Below, one piece after another: positions 54,054 through 63,618 of a stretch of 64,000 bases of DNA. The notes under the pieces were generated by a model, which ran no database searches, was not told the origin of the DNA, and worked only from the letters and a program-made list of their open reading frames with translations. The position numbers and the translations under genes are program-made. This stretch comes from Candidatus Limnocylindrales bacterium (GTDB lineage: Bacteria > Chloroflexota > Limnocylindria > Limnocylindrales > CSP1-4): NCBI GenBank assembly GCA_038915815.1, contig JBCLCL010000002.1:33521-97520 (forward strand), written 5' to 3'. Position 1 is the first letter of the stretch. Each line of letters opens with the position of its first letter.

Positions 54054-56051
54054 TCAGATCTCGGCAGCTACCTTGAGGCCCTCCAGCACCGCTTCTTCGA
54101 CGGTCCGCGGCGCGAGGCAGTCGCCGATCCCGTGGACCTCCCCGTCGAAGGCACCCGGGGTCTCCAGCTCGACCAGCAACCCGTCCACCGGATCGTGGCC
54201 CTGGGCGAGGACCAGGCCGGCCGCGCCCTCCACGATGACCGGCTCGCCGGTCAGGACGTGCTGGAAGAAGACCGCCGAACCGTCATAGCCGAAGAGTCGC
54301 ACGAGTGGGATGATCTGGACGCCGGCCTTCGTCACCGCGCCGGTCATCGCATCCCGAACGTACTGCTGGATCCGCTGGCCCGGCATGTAGCCGTCCACCC
54401 CCAGGGTCACCTTGCGCCCACGCTCGGCCAGGAGCTGGGCGAGGCCAAGGCCGATCCAGTCGCAACGCCAGTCGGCGACGACCAGCCGCCCGTCCGGGAT
54501 CTCCGCCCCCCGGAGCACCTGCCAGGCGTCCAGGACGACAGGGTCGCCTGACAGCTCCATCGGTGGTCGGCGCGGACCGGCCCCGGTGGCGACGATGACG
54601 ACCTCGGGACGCTCCCGCCGGATGAGCTCCAGATCGACGGTCGTGCCGACGACGACCCGAACGCCGGCCCGCTCGGCCTCGCCGGCGAGGTTCGTCACCA
54701 CTCCGCCGAACTCCGCTCGACCCGGCAGTCGCTCGGCGAGCAGGACCTGGCCGCCGACCCGGCGGGCCGCTTCGTAGAGGGTGACTCGATGGCCGCGCTC
54801 GGCAGCGACCGTGGCCGCCTTGAGCCCGCCCGGGCCGCCACCGACCACCATGACATCGCGGGCGCGACTCGCAGGTGCCAGCCGTCCGAACTGCAGTTCC
54901 CGGCCGCTCTCGGGGTACTGGATGCAGGAGATCGGGTAGCCGGCGTGGAAGTGGCCGATGCAGGCCTGGTTGCAGCCCACACAGGCCCGGATCTCGTCGG
55001 TACGGCCGTCAGCCGCTTTGCGGGGCATGAGCGGATCGCTGATGAGGGCGCGGGTCATCGCGCAGGCGTCCGCCTGCCCGAGCTCCAGGACCCGCTCGGC
55101 CTCCTGCGGCTGGTTGATCCGTCCGGCGACGATGACCGGGACGGAGACGACCGCCTTGGCTCGGGCGGCGAGGGGCGCAGTGTAGGCGTTGGGCACCGTC
55201 ATCGGCGGGACGATGTGATCCGAGCCGGCAAGCGTTGCCGACGTCCCGGCGACGACGCTGACATAGTCGATCAGGCCGTCGGCGTCGAGCACGGCCAGGG
55301 CGGGCAGGACGTCGTCCGGGGTCAACCCCTCGGGGGTGATCTCGTCGATCGAGACCCGCAGACCAACGACCGGCTCGCGACCGACCTCGGCGCGGATCGC
55401 GGCGATCGTCTCGCGCAGGAAGCGCAGCCGGTTCTCCGGGCTGCCGCCGTAGCGGTCGGTCCGCAGGTTCACCCGCGGATTGAGGAACTGGGCGGGAAGG
55501 TAGCCGTGGCTCGCCACCACCTCCACGCCATCGAGTCCGGCGTCGCACAGACGCCGCGCAGCCGAAGCGTAGCCGGCCCGGATCTCCTCGATCAGCGGGA
55601 TCGGCATGGCACGGGGCATGACGTGGAACCGCTCGTTCGGCACGGCCGACGGGGCGAGCGCGACCGGCAGCGACCCGTCCTGCGACTCCATCAGCTCCCG
55701 GCCGTCGTGGAAGATCTGGCCGACGATGGCGCTCCCATGCGCGTGGACGGCCTCCGCCAGACGACGGAAGCCCGGGATGCACTCGTCCTCGGTCGCCATG
55801 AGGATGTGCGAGGTGTAGCGGGCGCTCTCGTGGACGCCGGAGACCTGGACCACGATCAGGCCGACCCCACCGGCCGCACGCGCCGCCTGATAGGCGATGA
55901 GCTGGTCGGTGACCAAGCCGTCGATCGCCATGACCGTGTCGTGTCCCGACGAGACGATCCGGTTGCGCAGGGTCACGCTCCCGATCCGGAGCGGCTCGAA
56001 GAGCCGCGGGAAGTGTTGGGCGGGCGTGGTCGCGGCGGACATGTCGGTCAT
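54054..56051 (-). CDS. NADH:flavin oxidoreductase / 2,4-dienoyl-CoA reductase-like (OYE TIM barrel plus 4Fe-4S plus FAD/NAD(P) domain)
   Basis: LRNRIVSSGHDT, GVEVVASHGYLPAQFL, CVGCNQACIG and VVGGGPGGLKAA. Confidence 0.88.
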   Translation of the reverse strand: MTDMSAATTPAQHFPRLFEPLRIGSVTLRNRIVSSGHDTVMAIDGLVTDQLIAYQAARAAGGVGLIVVQVSGVHESARYTSHILMATEDECIPGFRRLAEAVHAHGSAIVGQIFHDGRELMESQDGSLPVALAPSAVPNERFHVMPRAMPIPLIEEIRAGYASAARRLCDAGLDGVEVVASHGYLPAQFLNPRVNLRTDRYGGSPENRLRFLRETIAAIRAEVGREPVVGLRVSIDEITPEGLTPDDVLPALAVLDADGLIDYVSVVAGTSATLAGSDHIVPPMTVPNAYTAPLAARAKAVVSVPVIVAGRINQPQEAERVLELGQADACAMTRALISDPLMPRKAADGRTDEIRACVGCNQACIGHFHAGYPISCIQYPESGRELQFGRLAPASRARDVMVVGGGPGGLKAATVAAERGHRVTLYEAARRVGGQVLLAERLPGRAEFGGVVTNLAGEAERAGVRVVVGTTVDLELIRRERPEVVIVATGAGPRRPPMELSGDPVVLDAWQVLRGAEIPDGRLVVADWRCDWIGLGLAQLLAERGRKVTLGVDGYMPGQRIQQYVRDAMTGAVTKAGVQIIPLVRLFGYDGSAVFFQHVLTGEPVIVEGAAGLVLAQGHDPVDGLLVELETPGAFDGEVHGIGDCLAPRTVEEAVLEGLKVAAEI

Positions 56052-56094
56052 CGTCGGAGGCTACCAGCGCGAGCAGGAGCGCGTCGACCTGCCG

Positions 56095-56994
56095 TTAGTA
56101 GCTCTCGCAGCCGATGCCGTCATGGTTGCCGTCGAAGCCATGGATATCGATACCCACGACGGTGACCCGATGGGCGATGTCGGCGCAGTCGAGATCGTAT
56201 GAAACGATGGGGACGCAGTAGCCGGCGTAGTTCGGGTCACACGCCCCTCCGGCGGTGGGCGTCGGCGTCGGTGTCGCAGTCGTCGTGGCTGTGGGCGTCG
56301 GGGAGGCCGAGGTCGCTGCCGGGATCACGGCCACGGTCGCCGTCACCTCCGCGCAGCCTGTCAAGATTCGCTTGAGAGCGGCGCGCTCGAGTGTATCCAC
56401 GCTGAGGCTCCAGCGTACCTTGACCACCACCCACTCCCTCGCGTAGGTACACCGGAAGCTCGTCAGCGTCGGCAGCCACTGTCCCGGATCCTTGTCGCTC
56501 TTCGAACGGTTCGAGGCCGCCGAGACGGCGCGGAGTGAGCGCCAGTCACCCAGGTCGTTGGCGTACGACTTGCGGCGTGCCGAGGTCCAGTCCCAGGCAC
56601 CCGAATCCCAGGCTTCCTTGAGCGCGACGACGTGGTCGATGTCGAACCCAGATGCAGTGGTGGTGGTCAGCCCGTCATACGCCGAGCGCCACGACCCGGT
56701 GACGGAACAGCCCGTCCCCACCTTCGCGGTCGTCCGCGATTCCGCGATCAGGACTTCGCTGCGGGTGCTGCAGCCGTCCTTGTCGGCGTCGATCCAGTGG
56801 ATGAACAGGGCCCGGTCGTAGCCGGCCGGGTGCTCGGGTATCGTCGCAAGACGGGCCAGGAGCTTGAGCCCGGTGCCGCTGACGGTCGCGGCGGCGTTCG
56901 CCGGTGCGCCGTTCGAAGCGGCAAGTACCGCCGCTGCGAGGAGCACGACCAGGCGGGCGGCGATGCGTTGGCGCGTCCCTGGTGTCCCGATCAT
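56095..56994 (-). CDS. secreted DUF1524/HNH-type nuclease with C-terminal Excalibur calcium-binding domain
   Basis: The ATG at 56994 gives a signal-like RIAARLVVLLAAAVLAAS. DIDHVVALKEAWDSGAWDW...YANDL...LRAVSAASNRSKSDKDPGQWLP is the DUF1524 nuclease core. A Thr/Pro linker follows. YDLDCADI...DIHGFDGNHDGIGCE is Excalibur-like. Confidence 0.8.
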   Translation of the reverse strand: MIGTPGTRQRIAARLVVLLAAAVLAASNGAPANAAATVSGTGLKLLARLATIPEHPAGYDRALFIHWIDADKDGCSTRSEVLIAESRTTAKVGTGCSVTGSWRSAYDGLTTTTASGFDIDHVVALKEAWDSGAWDWTSARRKSYANDLGDWRSLRAVSAASNRSKSDKDPGQWLPTLTSFRCTYAREWVVVKVRWSLSVDTLERAALKRILTGCAEVTATVAVIPAATSASPTPTATTTATPTPTPTAGGACDPNYAGYCVPIVSYDLDCADIAHRVTVVGIDIHGFDGNHDGIGCESY

Positions 56995-57174
56995 GAGTCT
57001 CGTCGCATCACTCGCTTCAGTCCTCGGTGCGCGAACCAGCCGACCCACCGACGTGACGCATCATGCGCCGACCGGTCAAGACGGCTTCGGCCACGGCGAA
57101 CCGGGGTCGCGATCGACTGAGACCCTGTGGCCGAAATACGCGGGACAGCCATGCACCTGCCGGACTGAGGCTGC

Positions 57175-57804
57175 TCAGATGTGCTGGTTGAGCAGGGTGA
57201 GGAGGGCGACGACCATCGGGTGATGATGGCCACGCATCGAGGTAGCCGCCGCGGCGGCATAGACAAGATCGGCCGGCCGGGGCTTCAGCGCCAGGAAGAA
57301 GGGCAGTCCGTAACGGACGGCGACCCAGTTGACCCACAGGCGGGCGATCCGTCCGTTGCCACTCGCAAGAGGATGGATCCGCACCCACTCGCCGTGGGCG
57401 ATCGCCGCGATCTCGAGGATCGCGTAGAGATCGGTGGCAGTGGTGGGCTGCGCACCGACCGGGATGACGCCGTCCATGCGGGCGACAACCGCTTTGAGGC
57501 CGGCCTCAAAGCCGGCGAGCGCAGCCGGGACATCGGCCGACGGCATTCCGGGTGCTGAGCCGACCGAGACCTCGTAGCCGAACAGCTCGGGATAGATCGG
57601 GTCGCTGTCGCGGATCTCACCAGCGTAGTAGGGCACCGGCAGCGGAATGCCGCGGTAGGTCTCTCGGTGCCACTCCTGGGCCATCGCCACGGTCAGCGGA
57701 AGCCGGAGAGCAGCGTCGCCGACGACCTGGCCGCCGATCCTCTTGAGGTTGTCGATGATCCGGGCGTCAGAGCCCGGCGGATCCTCGTTCCACGGGATCG
57801 GCAC
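57175..57804 (-). CDS. Fic/Fido domain protein with a variant active-site motif
   Basis: 209 aa. The motif HPLASGNGRIARL compares with the canonical HPFx(D/E)GNGRxxR. An upstream helical Fido core follows (LYAILEIAAIAHGEWVRIHP). Confidence 0.8.
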   Translation of the reverse strand: MPIPWNEDPPGSDARIIDNLKRIGGQVVGDAALRLPLTVAMAQEWHRETYRGIPLPVPYYAGEIRDSDPIYPELFGYEVSVGSAPGMPSADVPAALAGFEAGLKAVVARMDGVIPVGAQPTTATDLYAILEIAAIAHGEWVRIHPLASGNGRIARLWVNWVAVRYGLPFFLALKPRPADLVYAAAAATSMRGHHHPMVVALLTLLNQHI

Positions 57805-57807
57805 GGG

Positions 57808-58149
57808 TCAGCGCACACCCTCGGCAGCAGCGGCAAAGGTGCGAGCGATGTCGTGGGGGTCCTCGCGGGGCGCGACCATACGAGCCTGCAAAGGATCGTG
57901 ATAGGCCACCTCGGCCTCGGCAAAGCGGGCCACGTCGCGGGCCGACTCTCCCCGGTAGTCAGCCAGCCGCGCGAGCGTGTGTGACAGGTCCTCCTGGAGG
58001 GCCAGCGCGAGATCGCCGATCTCGTTCTTGATCATCGTCTCTGCGAGGCGGTTCATGGATACGTCGAGACGGCCGGCCAGCAGCGCCAGGAGGTCGTGCG
58101 TCGCCTGATCCTCGAACCGGATGGTGAACGATCGACGATGATTGCTCAT
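57808..58149 (-). CDS. ribbon-helix-helix (CopG/Arc-like) protein, putative antitoxin or regulator partner of Fic
   Basis: The ATG at 58149 gives MSNHRRSFTIRFEDQATHDLLALLAGRLDVSMNRLAETMIKNEI, a beta-strand, helix, helix pattern. It ends 3 nt before the Fic start. Confidence 0.65.
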   Translation of the reverse strand: MSNHRRSFTIRFEDQATHDLLALLAGRLDVSMNRLAETMIKNEIGDLALALQEDLSHTLARLADYRGESARDVARFAEAEVAYHDPLQARMVAPREDPHDIARTFAAAAEGVR

Positions 58150-58166
58150 GACCTGATTCTGGCGCC

Positions 58167-58197
58167 TGTGACGGCACACGTCAAGTTTGCCGTCACA
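58167..58197. promoter_or_regulatory. perfect 10-bp inverted repeat upstream of the RHH gene (candidate operator)
   Basis: TGTGACGGCA-(11 nt)-TGCCGTCACA lies 18-48 nt upstream of the RHH ATG. On the minus strand the spacer contains TTGACG. Confidence 0.5.
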
Positions 58198-58392
58198 TCA
58201 GGTCGACTCGACGCGCAGCTCGGTCCTCCCGGGCGTGAGGATCGGCACCGACGGCGAGGCTTTCAGTCAAGCCCCTGCCGGCCGAGACCAGAAGGGCTCA
58301 ACTCCTGGCCTGCCGAAATGCCGCTTGGCAGGTCGAATGCTCGGACAGCGAGTTTGTTCCGACACTCGGAGTGCCATTTCCTGAGGGGAATA

Positions 58393-58469
58393 TGGTCGGG
58401 GCGGCCGGATTTGAACCGACGACCACCAGTCCCCCAGACTGGTGCGCTACCAGACTGCGCCACGCCCCG
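58393..58469 (-). tRNA. tRNA-Pro (anticodon GGG), CCA encoded
   Basis: Hand fold: CGGGGCG-TG-GCGC-AGTCTGGTA-GCGC-A-CCAGT-CTGGGGG-ACTGG-TGGTC-GTCGG-TTCAAAT-CCGGC-CGCCCCG-A-CCA. Confidence 0.92.
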
Positions 58470-58498
58470 ACGCCCCCGCAGTCTAGCAGAGGCCCCGA

Positions 58499-59548
58499 TC
58501 AGCTCCGGGGAGGGCGCCCGAGCTGCTCGACCCATCGTTCGTAGTCGGCCAGCTCGTCCTTGGACTCGCGGGCCAGCAGATCGATCAGGCAGCGCTGGAC
58601 GCTCTTGCCCTCGAACAGCGCGTTGTGAACCTCCTGCGCGATCGGCATCTCGACTCCCAGCCGCCGGGCGAGCGACAGCGCCGCATCCACGGTATAGGCG
58701 CCCTCGGCAGTGCCGGGCATGGTCACCTCGATCTCCGGCCACGATCGGCCGCCGGCCAGCTCGGCCCCCAGGCGGTGATTGCGCGACAGGCCGGATCCGC
58801 ACGTGGCGATGACGTCGCCGACGCCGGCCAGGCCGGCGAACGTGAGCGGATTCGCGCCGGCGGCGATCCCGACCCGGGTCATCTCGGCAAGGCCCCGGGT
58901 GATCAGCCCGGCCTTGCCGTTGTCGCCGAACCCGAGCGCATCGGCGGCGCCGGCGGCGATGGCCACGATGTTCTTGAGCGCCCCGCACAGTTCCACGCCC
59001 AGGATGTCGCGGTTGACGTAGAGCCGGAACTCACGGCGCCCGAGACGGGCCACAACCCGCCGAGCCAGCTCCGGATCCGCGGCGGCGATCACCGACGAAG
59101 CGGGCAGTCCCCGGGCGATCTCGGGCGCAAGGTTGGGGCCGGACAAGGCGGCGATCCGCCCAGGCGCAAGGGCGCCGGCGTCCGCGATGACCTCGCTCAT
59201 CCGCAGCAGGCTGTCGGCCTCGAGGCCCTTGACCACGGAGACCAGGTCGGCACCGGCCGGGAGATGTGGGGCGACCAGGCCGACCGTCCCGCGCAGGTGG
59301 CGCGACGGGGTCGCGAAGAGGACGAGATCGACGGCATCGGTCAGCGTCGCGGGATCGGCAGTGGCGAGGATCCGCTCGGGCAGGTCGATCCCCGGCAGCC
59401 GCCGCTCATTGCGGCGGGTACGCGAGATCTCGTCGGCGACCTCGGGGGAATGGCAGAGCAGCGTCACCGGCTCCGCCCCGGCGATGAGCCTGGCCAGGGT
59501 CGTCCCCCACGCGCCGGCCCCGACGACCGCGACCCGCGGACCGGCCAT
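58499..59548 (-). CDS. gpsA: NAD(P)H-dependent glycerol-3-phosphate dehydrogenase
   Basis: VAVVGAGAWGTTLA, NPLTFAGLAGVGDVIATC, SRNHRLG and GKS. Confidence 0.92.
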   Translation of the reverse strand: MAGPRVAVVGAGAWGTTLARLIAGAEPVTLLCHSPEVADEISRTRRNERRLPGIDLPERILATADPATLTDAVDLVLFATPSRHLRGTVGLVAPHLPAGADLVSVVKGLEADSLLRMSEVIADAGALAPGRIAALSGPNLAPEIARGLPASSVIAAADPELARRVVARLGRREFRLYVNRDILGVELCGALKNIVAIAAGAADALGFGDNGKAGLITRGLAEMTRVGIAAGANPLTFAGLAGVGDVIATCGSGLSRNHRLGAELAGGRSWPEIEVTMPGTAEGAYTVDAALSLARRLGVEMPIAQEVHNALFEGKSVQRCLIDLLARESKDELADYERWVEQLGRPPRS

Positions 59549-61164
59549 CAGCTGGGCTTGCGCGCGCGCCCGGCAATGGCGCCGCGTCGAGCTCCCCCGC
59601 CGGCCGATGCTGGCGCGCTGCGCAGCTTCCTGCGGCGCGGCAGCTTGACCGAAGTCCGATCGCGGAAGACGAGCCGGATCGGCGTGCCATCAAAGCCGAA
59701 CTTGTCGCGCAGCCGGTTCTCGAGGTAGCGCCGGTAGCTGAAGTGGACGGACGACGCATCGGAGGCGAAGAAGACGAAGGTCGGCGGCGCGACGGCGGCC
59801 TGGGTCGCGTAGAAGAGCTTGGGCCGATGGCCGCGGACCGGCGGCGGCGGCGTCCGCTCGGTCGCCGCCATGAGCACGCGGTTGAGCTCACCGGTCGAGA
59901 TCCGCTTGCGTCGCTCGCCCCAGATCTCGACGGCGGCCTCCAGCACACGGCCCACGCGCAAGCCGGTCTTGGCGCTGATCGAGACGATCGGGGCGAAGTC
60001 GAGGAACGGGACCTCGTTGCGGATCCACTCGGTGTACTGGTCGAAGGTCCGGTCCGTCTTCTCGGCGACCAGGTCCCACTTGTTGACCGCGATGATCAGG
60101 CCCTTGCCTTCCTCGACGATGTAGCCGGCGACGTGGGCATCCTGCGACGTCAGCCCCTCGACGGCATCGACCACCAGGACCGCCACATCAGCTCGTGACA
60201 GGGCGTGCAGGGCGCGGAGCGTCGAGTAGCGCTCGGCCGCCGGGCCCGAGGCGACCTTCCCGCGACGTCGGATCCCGGCGGTGTCGATCAGGATGACCTC
60301 GCTGCGTCCCCACGCGAGGCGCGTATCGATGGCATCGCGCGTCGTGCCGGGCACCTCCGAGACGATCGCCCGTTCTTCCCCGAGCAGGGCGTTGAGCAGG
60401 CTGGACTTGCCGACGTTCGGGCGCCCAACGAAGGCGATCGCCGCCGGCTCACCGTCGGCATCCGCAGCCATCGCCGCGTCCCAGCGCCGGGCTTCCGCCT
60501 CGGTCGGGTCGAGGACGTCCCCGTCGAGATCGTCCTCATCGCCTTCCGCATCGCCGACGACGAACGGCTCAAGTCTGCCGGCGGCCACCTCGGTCGCCCA
60601 GGCCTCGGCCTCCGCCTCGCGAACCTTGCGCGCCAGCTCCGCTTCGCTCTCCGGCGGAAGCGCCCAGACGATCGCGTCGAGCAGATCGCCGGTCCCGCGG
60701 CCATGCGTCGCCGAGATGGCGTAGGTCTCCTCCCAGCCGAGCGAGTGGAACTCGGCGGCCTCGAACTCGCGCTTCTCGTTGTCCGCCTTGTTGACGGTCA
60801 CGATGACCGGGGCCGTCGCGCGCCGGAGGATCGACGCAGCCTCCAGATCGGCAGGCGTGAGTCCGCTGATCGCGTCGACGATGAACAGGATCACGTCCGC
60901 TTCGGCGATGGCCAGGCGGGCCTGCTCCTGGACGCGCACCTCGATCGGATCGTCCGGGTCCACTTCCAGGCCGCCGGTGTCCACGATGACGAAGCGCCGG
61001 CCGTTCCATTCGGTATCGCCGTAGATCCGATCACGGGTCGTCCGCGCCCGATCCTCCACGATGGCCGAGCGCCGACCGAGGAACCGGTTGAACAGGGTGC
61101 TCTTGCCGACGTTGGGTCGCCCGACGATCGCGACGACGGGGATCCCGCCCCTCGCGTTCGCCAC
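59548..61164 (-). CDS. der: ribosome biogenesis GTPase Der (EngA), with acidic inter-domain insertion and basic C-terminal tail
   Basis: Two G domains ([12 protein letters not shown] / DTGG / NKAD, and [12 protein letters not shown] / DTAG / NKWD) and a KH-like C-terminal domain. The GTG start is at 61164. Confidence 0.92.
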   Translation of the reverse strand: MANARGGIPVVAIVGRPNVGKSTLFNRFLGRRSAIVEDRARTTRDRIYGDTEWNGRRFVIVDTGGLEVDPDDPIEVRVQEQARLAIAEADVILFIVDAISGLTPADLEAASILRRATAPVIVTVNKADNEKREFEAAEFHSLGWEETYAISATHGRGTGDLLDAIVWALPPESEAELARKVREAEAEAWATEVAAGRLEPFVVGDAEGDEDDLDGDVLDPTEAEARRWDAAMAADADGEPAAIAFVGRPNVGKSSLLNALLGEERAIVSEVPGTTRDAIDTRLAWGRSEVILIDTAGIRRRGKVASGPAAERYSTLRALHALSRADVAVLVVDAVEGLTSQDAHVAGYIVEEGKGLIIAVNKWDLVAEKTDRTFDQYTEWIRNEVPFLDFAPIVSISAKTGLRVGRVLEAAVEIWGERRKRISTGELNRVLMAATERTPPPPVRGHRPKLFYATQAAVAPPTFVFFASDASSVHFSYRRYLENRLRDKFGFDGTPIRLVFRDRTSVKLPRRRKLRSAPASAGGGARRGAIAGRARKPS

Positions 61165-61166
61165 GG

Positions 61167-62162
61167 TCAGGCCGCGCCGGGCGAGGTGGTCTGCGCGGAG
61201 GCGTCGGAGCGCGGCGGCGTCGGGAGCGAGGTCGTCCGCCCGGCCGGCGTCGCGGCTCGCTGGAGCGCGCCACGGGCCAGCTCGACGGCCCTGGCCCGGA
61301 CCTGGGCCGTCCCGGCGAGCGCCAGGATCCGTTCGGCCACGTCGCGCAGATCCTCGATCGGCGTGGAGGTCCCGCCGGTCACGCCGACGATCCGGGCGCC
61401 TTTGAAGACCGACGCGGCGGTCAGGTCCCTGGCACTCTCGATCTGGATCGCGGCGGTGCCCGCGATCTCACACAGCCGGGTGAGCTCCTTGGTGTTCGCG
61501 CTCGAGCGTCCACCGACGACCACCATCAGGTCCACCTCCCTGGCCGAGTCCAGGGTGTCCTGCTGGCGCCGGATGGTGACCGGGCAGACCGTGTTGACGA
61601 TCTTGAGTTCGTGGGCGCGCGAGACCATGAAGGCGGCCAGTCGCTCGAACTTCCAGGGGGGCTGGGTCGATTGCGAGATGAGCGCCATCCGCTTGCGCCG
61701 CGGGATCGCCGCCTCCCACTCGTCTTCGTCGTCCACGACGATCGCCTCGGGGGCGAAGCCGAGCAGGCCCACGACCTCAGGGTGCTTCGGCGTGCCGAGC
61801 AGGACGATCGTGTAGCCGTCCTCGACGAGCTTGACGAGTTCGCGCTGTTCCTGGATCACCCAGGTGCAGGTGCCGTCGATGACCTCCAGGCCACGCGCCT
61901 CGGCGCGTTCCATGACGTCCGGGCGAACGCCGTGGGCGCGGATGACGACGGCGGCGCCGTGGTCGACATCGTCGAGCGAATCGACGGTCTGGATGCCGAG
62001 ATCCTGGAGGTCGCGCACGACGCCCTCGTTGTGGACGACCTGCCCGAGGGTATGCGTCGTCTTGCCGGCGGCCGATGCTTCCTTGGCCATGTCGATCGCC
62101 TCGCGAACGCCATAGCAGAAGCCGGTGCGCTTCGCGATGCGGACTTCCTGGACCGTACCCAC
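61167..62162 (-). CDS. ispH: 4-hydroxy-3-methylbut-2-enyl diphosphate reductase
   Basis: [38 protein letters not shown] and [11 protein letters not shown]. The GTG at 62162 gives (M)[10 protein letters not shown]. The 604-aa ORF-track product is this gene plus an out-of-context upstream extension across plsC. Confidence 0.88.
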   Translation of the reverse strand: MGTVQEVRIAKRTGFCYGVREAIDMAKEASAAGKTTHTLGQVVHNEGVVRDLQDLGIQTVDSLDDVDHGAAVVIRAHGVRPDVMERAEARGLEVIDGTCTWVIQEQRELVKLVEDGYTIVLLGTPKHPEVVGLLGFAPEAIVVDDEDEWEAAIPRRKRMALISQSTQPPWKFERLAAFMVSRAHELKIVNTVCPVTIRRQQDTLDSAREVDLMVVVGGRSSANTKELTRLCEIAGTAAIQIESARDLTAASVFKGARIVGVTGGTSTPIEDLRDVAERILALAGTAQVRARAVELARGALQRAATPAGRTTSLPTPPRSDASAQTTSPGAA

Positions 62163-62188
62163 GATCCGATTATCACACGGAGGCCCCT

Positions 62189-62911
62189 TCAGGCCTCCCG
62201 AGCGCCACCGTAGACGCCGCGCTGGGCGGGCGGCAGGAGCGCGGCGATGCGCTCCATGATCTGCCGCGTCACGAGGTGTTTCGCGGCCCGCCGGTCCGTG
62301 CCGGGCGGCAGCTCCTCGACGGGGCGGAACGGGCTCCCGGCACGGACGCTGACATGGCCACCGGGGTGCGGCAGCTTCTGGCCCTTTGGCCAGACCCGGA
62401 ACGAACCGGAGATCCCGATCGGGACGATCGGCGCCCCCGTGCGGATGGCCAGCACGGCCACGCCGTCGCGTGCCTCCTGGAGCGCGCCGTCCGGGCTGCG
62501 CGTCCCCTCCGGGAAGACGAACAGGACATGGCCCTCGTCCAGGATCCGCTGCGCCAGACGGAAGGCGTCGATGTCGGCCGCATCGCGATCCACCGGGTGG
62601 ACACCGCCGTTCGCGGCGACCCAGCCGATGATCGGCCAGTCGAACAGCTCCTTCTTGCCGAGCCAATGGATCCGCCGTCCCAGGCGCGGGATCAGATATG
62701 ACCCGATGACCGGCACGTCGAGGTTCGAGGCGTGGTTGGCGGCGATGATCAGCGGTCCGTCGTGCGGAAGCTCGTCGAGCGCGCCCTCGATCGAGATGCG
62801 ACTCATCGCGCTCGAGAAGATCCTGGCTGCCAGGCTGACGATCGAGATCAGTGGCGTGATCGAGCTGTCGATCGGAGGCCGGGCGCTGATCGCGCGGTCC
62901 GGGCGCGTCAT
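62189..62911 (-). CDS. plsC: 1-acyl-sn-glycerol-3-phosphate acyltransferase
   Basis: The HX4D motif AANHASNLD, plus VFPEGTRS and PIVPIGISG. Confidence 0.9.
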   Translation of the reverse strand: MTRPDRAISARPPIDSSITPLISIVSLAARIFSSAMSRISIEGALDELPHDGPLIIAANHASNLDVPVIGSYLIPRLGRRIHWLGKKELFDWPIIGWVAANGGVHPVDRDAADIDAFRLAQRILDEGHVLFVFPEGTRSPDGALQEARDGVAVLAIRTGAPIVPIGISGSFRVWPKGQKLPHPGGHVSVRAGSPFRPVEELPPGTDRRAAKHLVTRQIMERIAALLPPAQRGVYGGAREA

Positions 62912-63618
62912 CGGGTACCGCTGGGCTCGGGTTCTTCCGCACGGCGCGCCTGGGCGTCGAGGATCGCCCCGACGACCGCATCCACGGTGTCCTCGAAGCG
63001 GTTGCCGTCGGTGGCGATGATCCGGGCGTCGGCGGCCGGATAGAGCGGAGCCACGGCGCGGGTCGAATCCTGCTCGTCCCGCTGCCGCAGCGCGCCCAGG
63101 ATCGTGGCAGCCTCCGGCCCGTCCGGATCGAGGAATCGCTCCTCAGCGCGGCGACGGGCCCGTTCCTCGACCGATGCCTCGAGGAAGAGTTTCAGGTCAG
63201 CGTCGGGGAGCACGACCGTTCCGATATCGCGTCCGGCCATCACGATCCCGCCGGCCGCGGCGAGCGCGCGCTGTCGTTCCAGCAGCACGGCGCGAAGCTG
63301 TGGGACGGCGGAGACGGCCGAGACGGCCGCATCCACGGGTGGCGTGTGAACCTCGGCGGTTCGATCTACGCCGTCGACGAGCACGCGGGCCAGTCGGCCG
63401 GCTCCGTCGGATGCCAGCTCGACCTCGGCAGCGAGGGCGCGCAGCGCTTCGGGGTCCGTAGGGGGCACGTCGCGGACCAGGGCGAGCCAGGTGACGGCCC
63501 GATAGAGCAGCCCCGTATCGCAGAAGCGGTAGCCGACCTCGAGTGCCGCGGCGGCGCCCACGCTGCTCTTGCCGGACGAGCCGGGACCATCCAGCGCGAC
63601 GACGAGCCCGTGGCTCAT
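62908..63618 (-). CDS. cmk: cytidylate kinase
   Basis: VVALDGPGSSGKSSV, DTGLLYRA and GRDIGTVVLPDA. There are 4-nt overlaps on both sides. Confidence 0.92.
   Translation of the reverse strand: MSHGLVVALDGPGSSGKSSVGAAAALEVGYRFCDTGLLYRAVTWLALVRDVPPTDPEALRALAAEVELASDGAGRLARVLVDGVDRTAEVHTPPVDAAVSAVSAVPQLRAVLLERQRALAAAGGIVMAGRDIGTVVLPDADLKLFLEASVEERARRRAEERFLDPDGPEAATILGALRQRDEQDSTRAVAPLYPAADARIIATDGNRFEDTVDAVVGAILDAQARRAEEPEPSGTR

Noticed and set aside
56095-58392. An integrated mobile element at the 3' end of tRNA-Pro.
   Set aside because: There is no integrase, recombinase or transposase. I found no direct repeat of the tRNA-Pro 3' segment at the far side of the segment. It is only noted as a possible accessory islet.
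61167-62981. A 604-aa ORF that looks like one large gene.
   Set aside because: Only the C-terminal ~331 codons are IspH. The upstream part is Arg/Pro-rich junk overlapping the well-supported plsC gene in another frame. The start was moved to the GTG at 62162.
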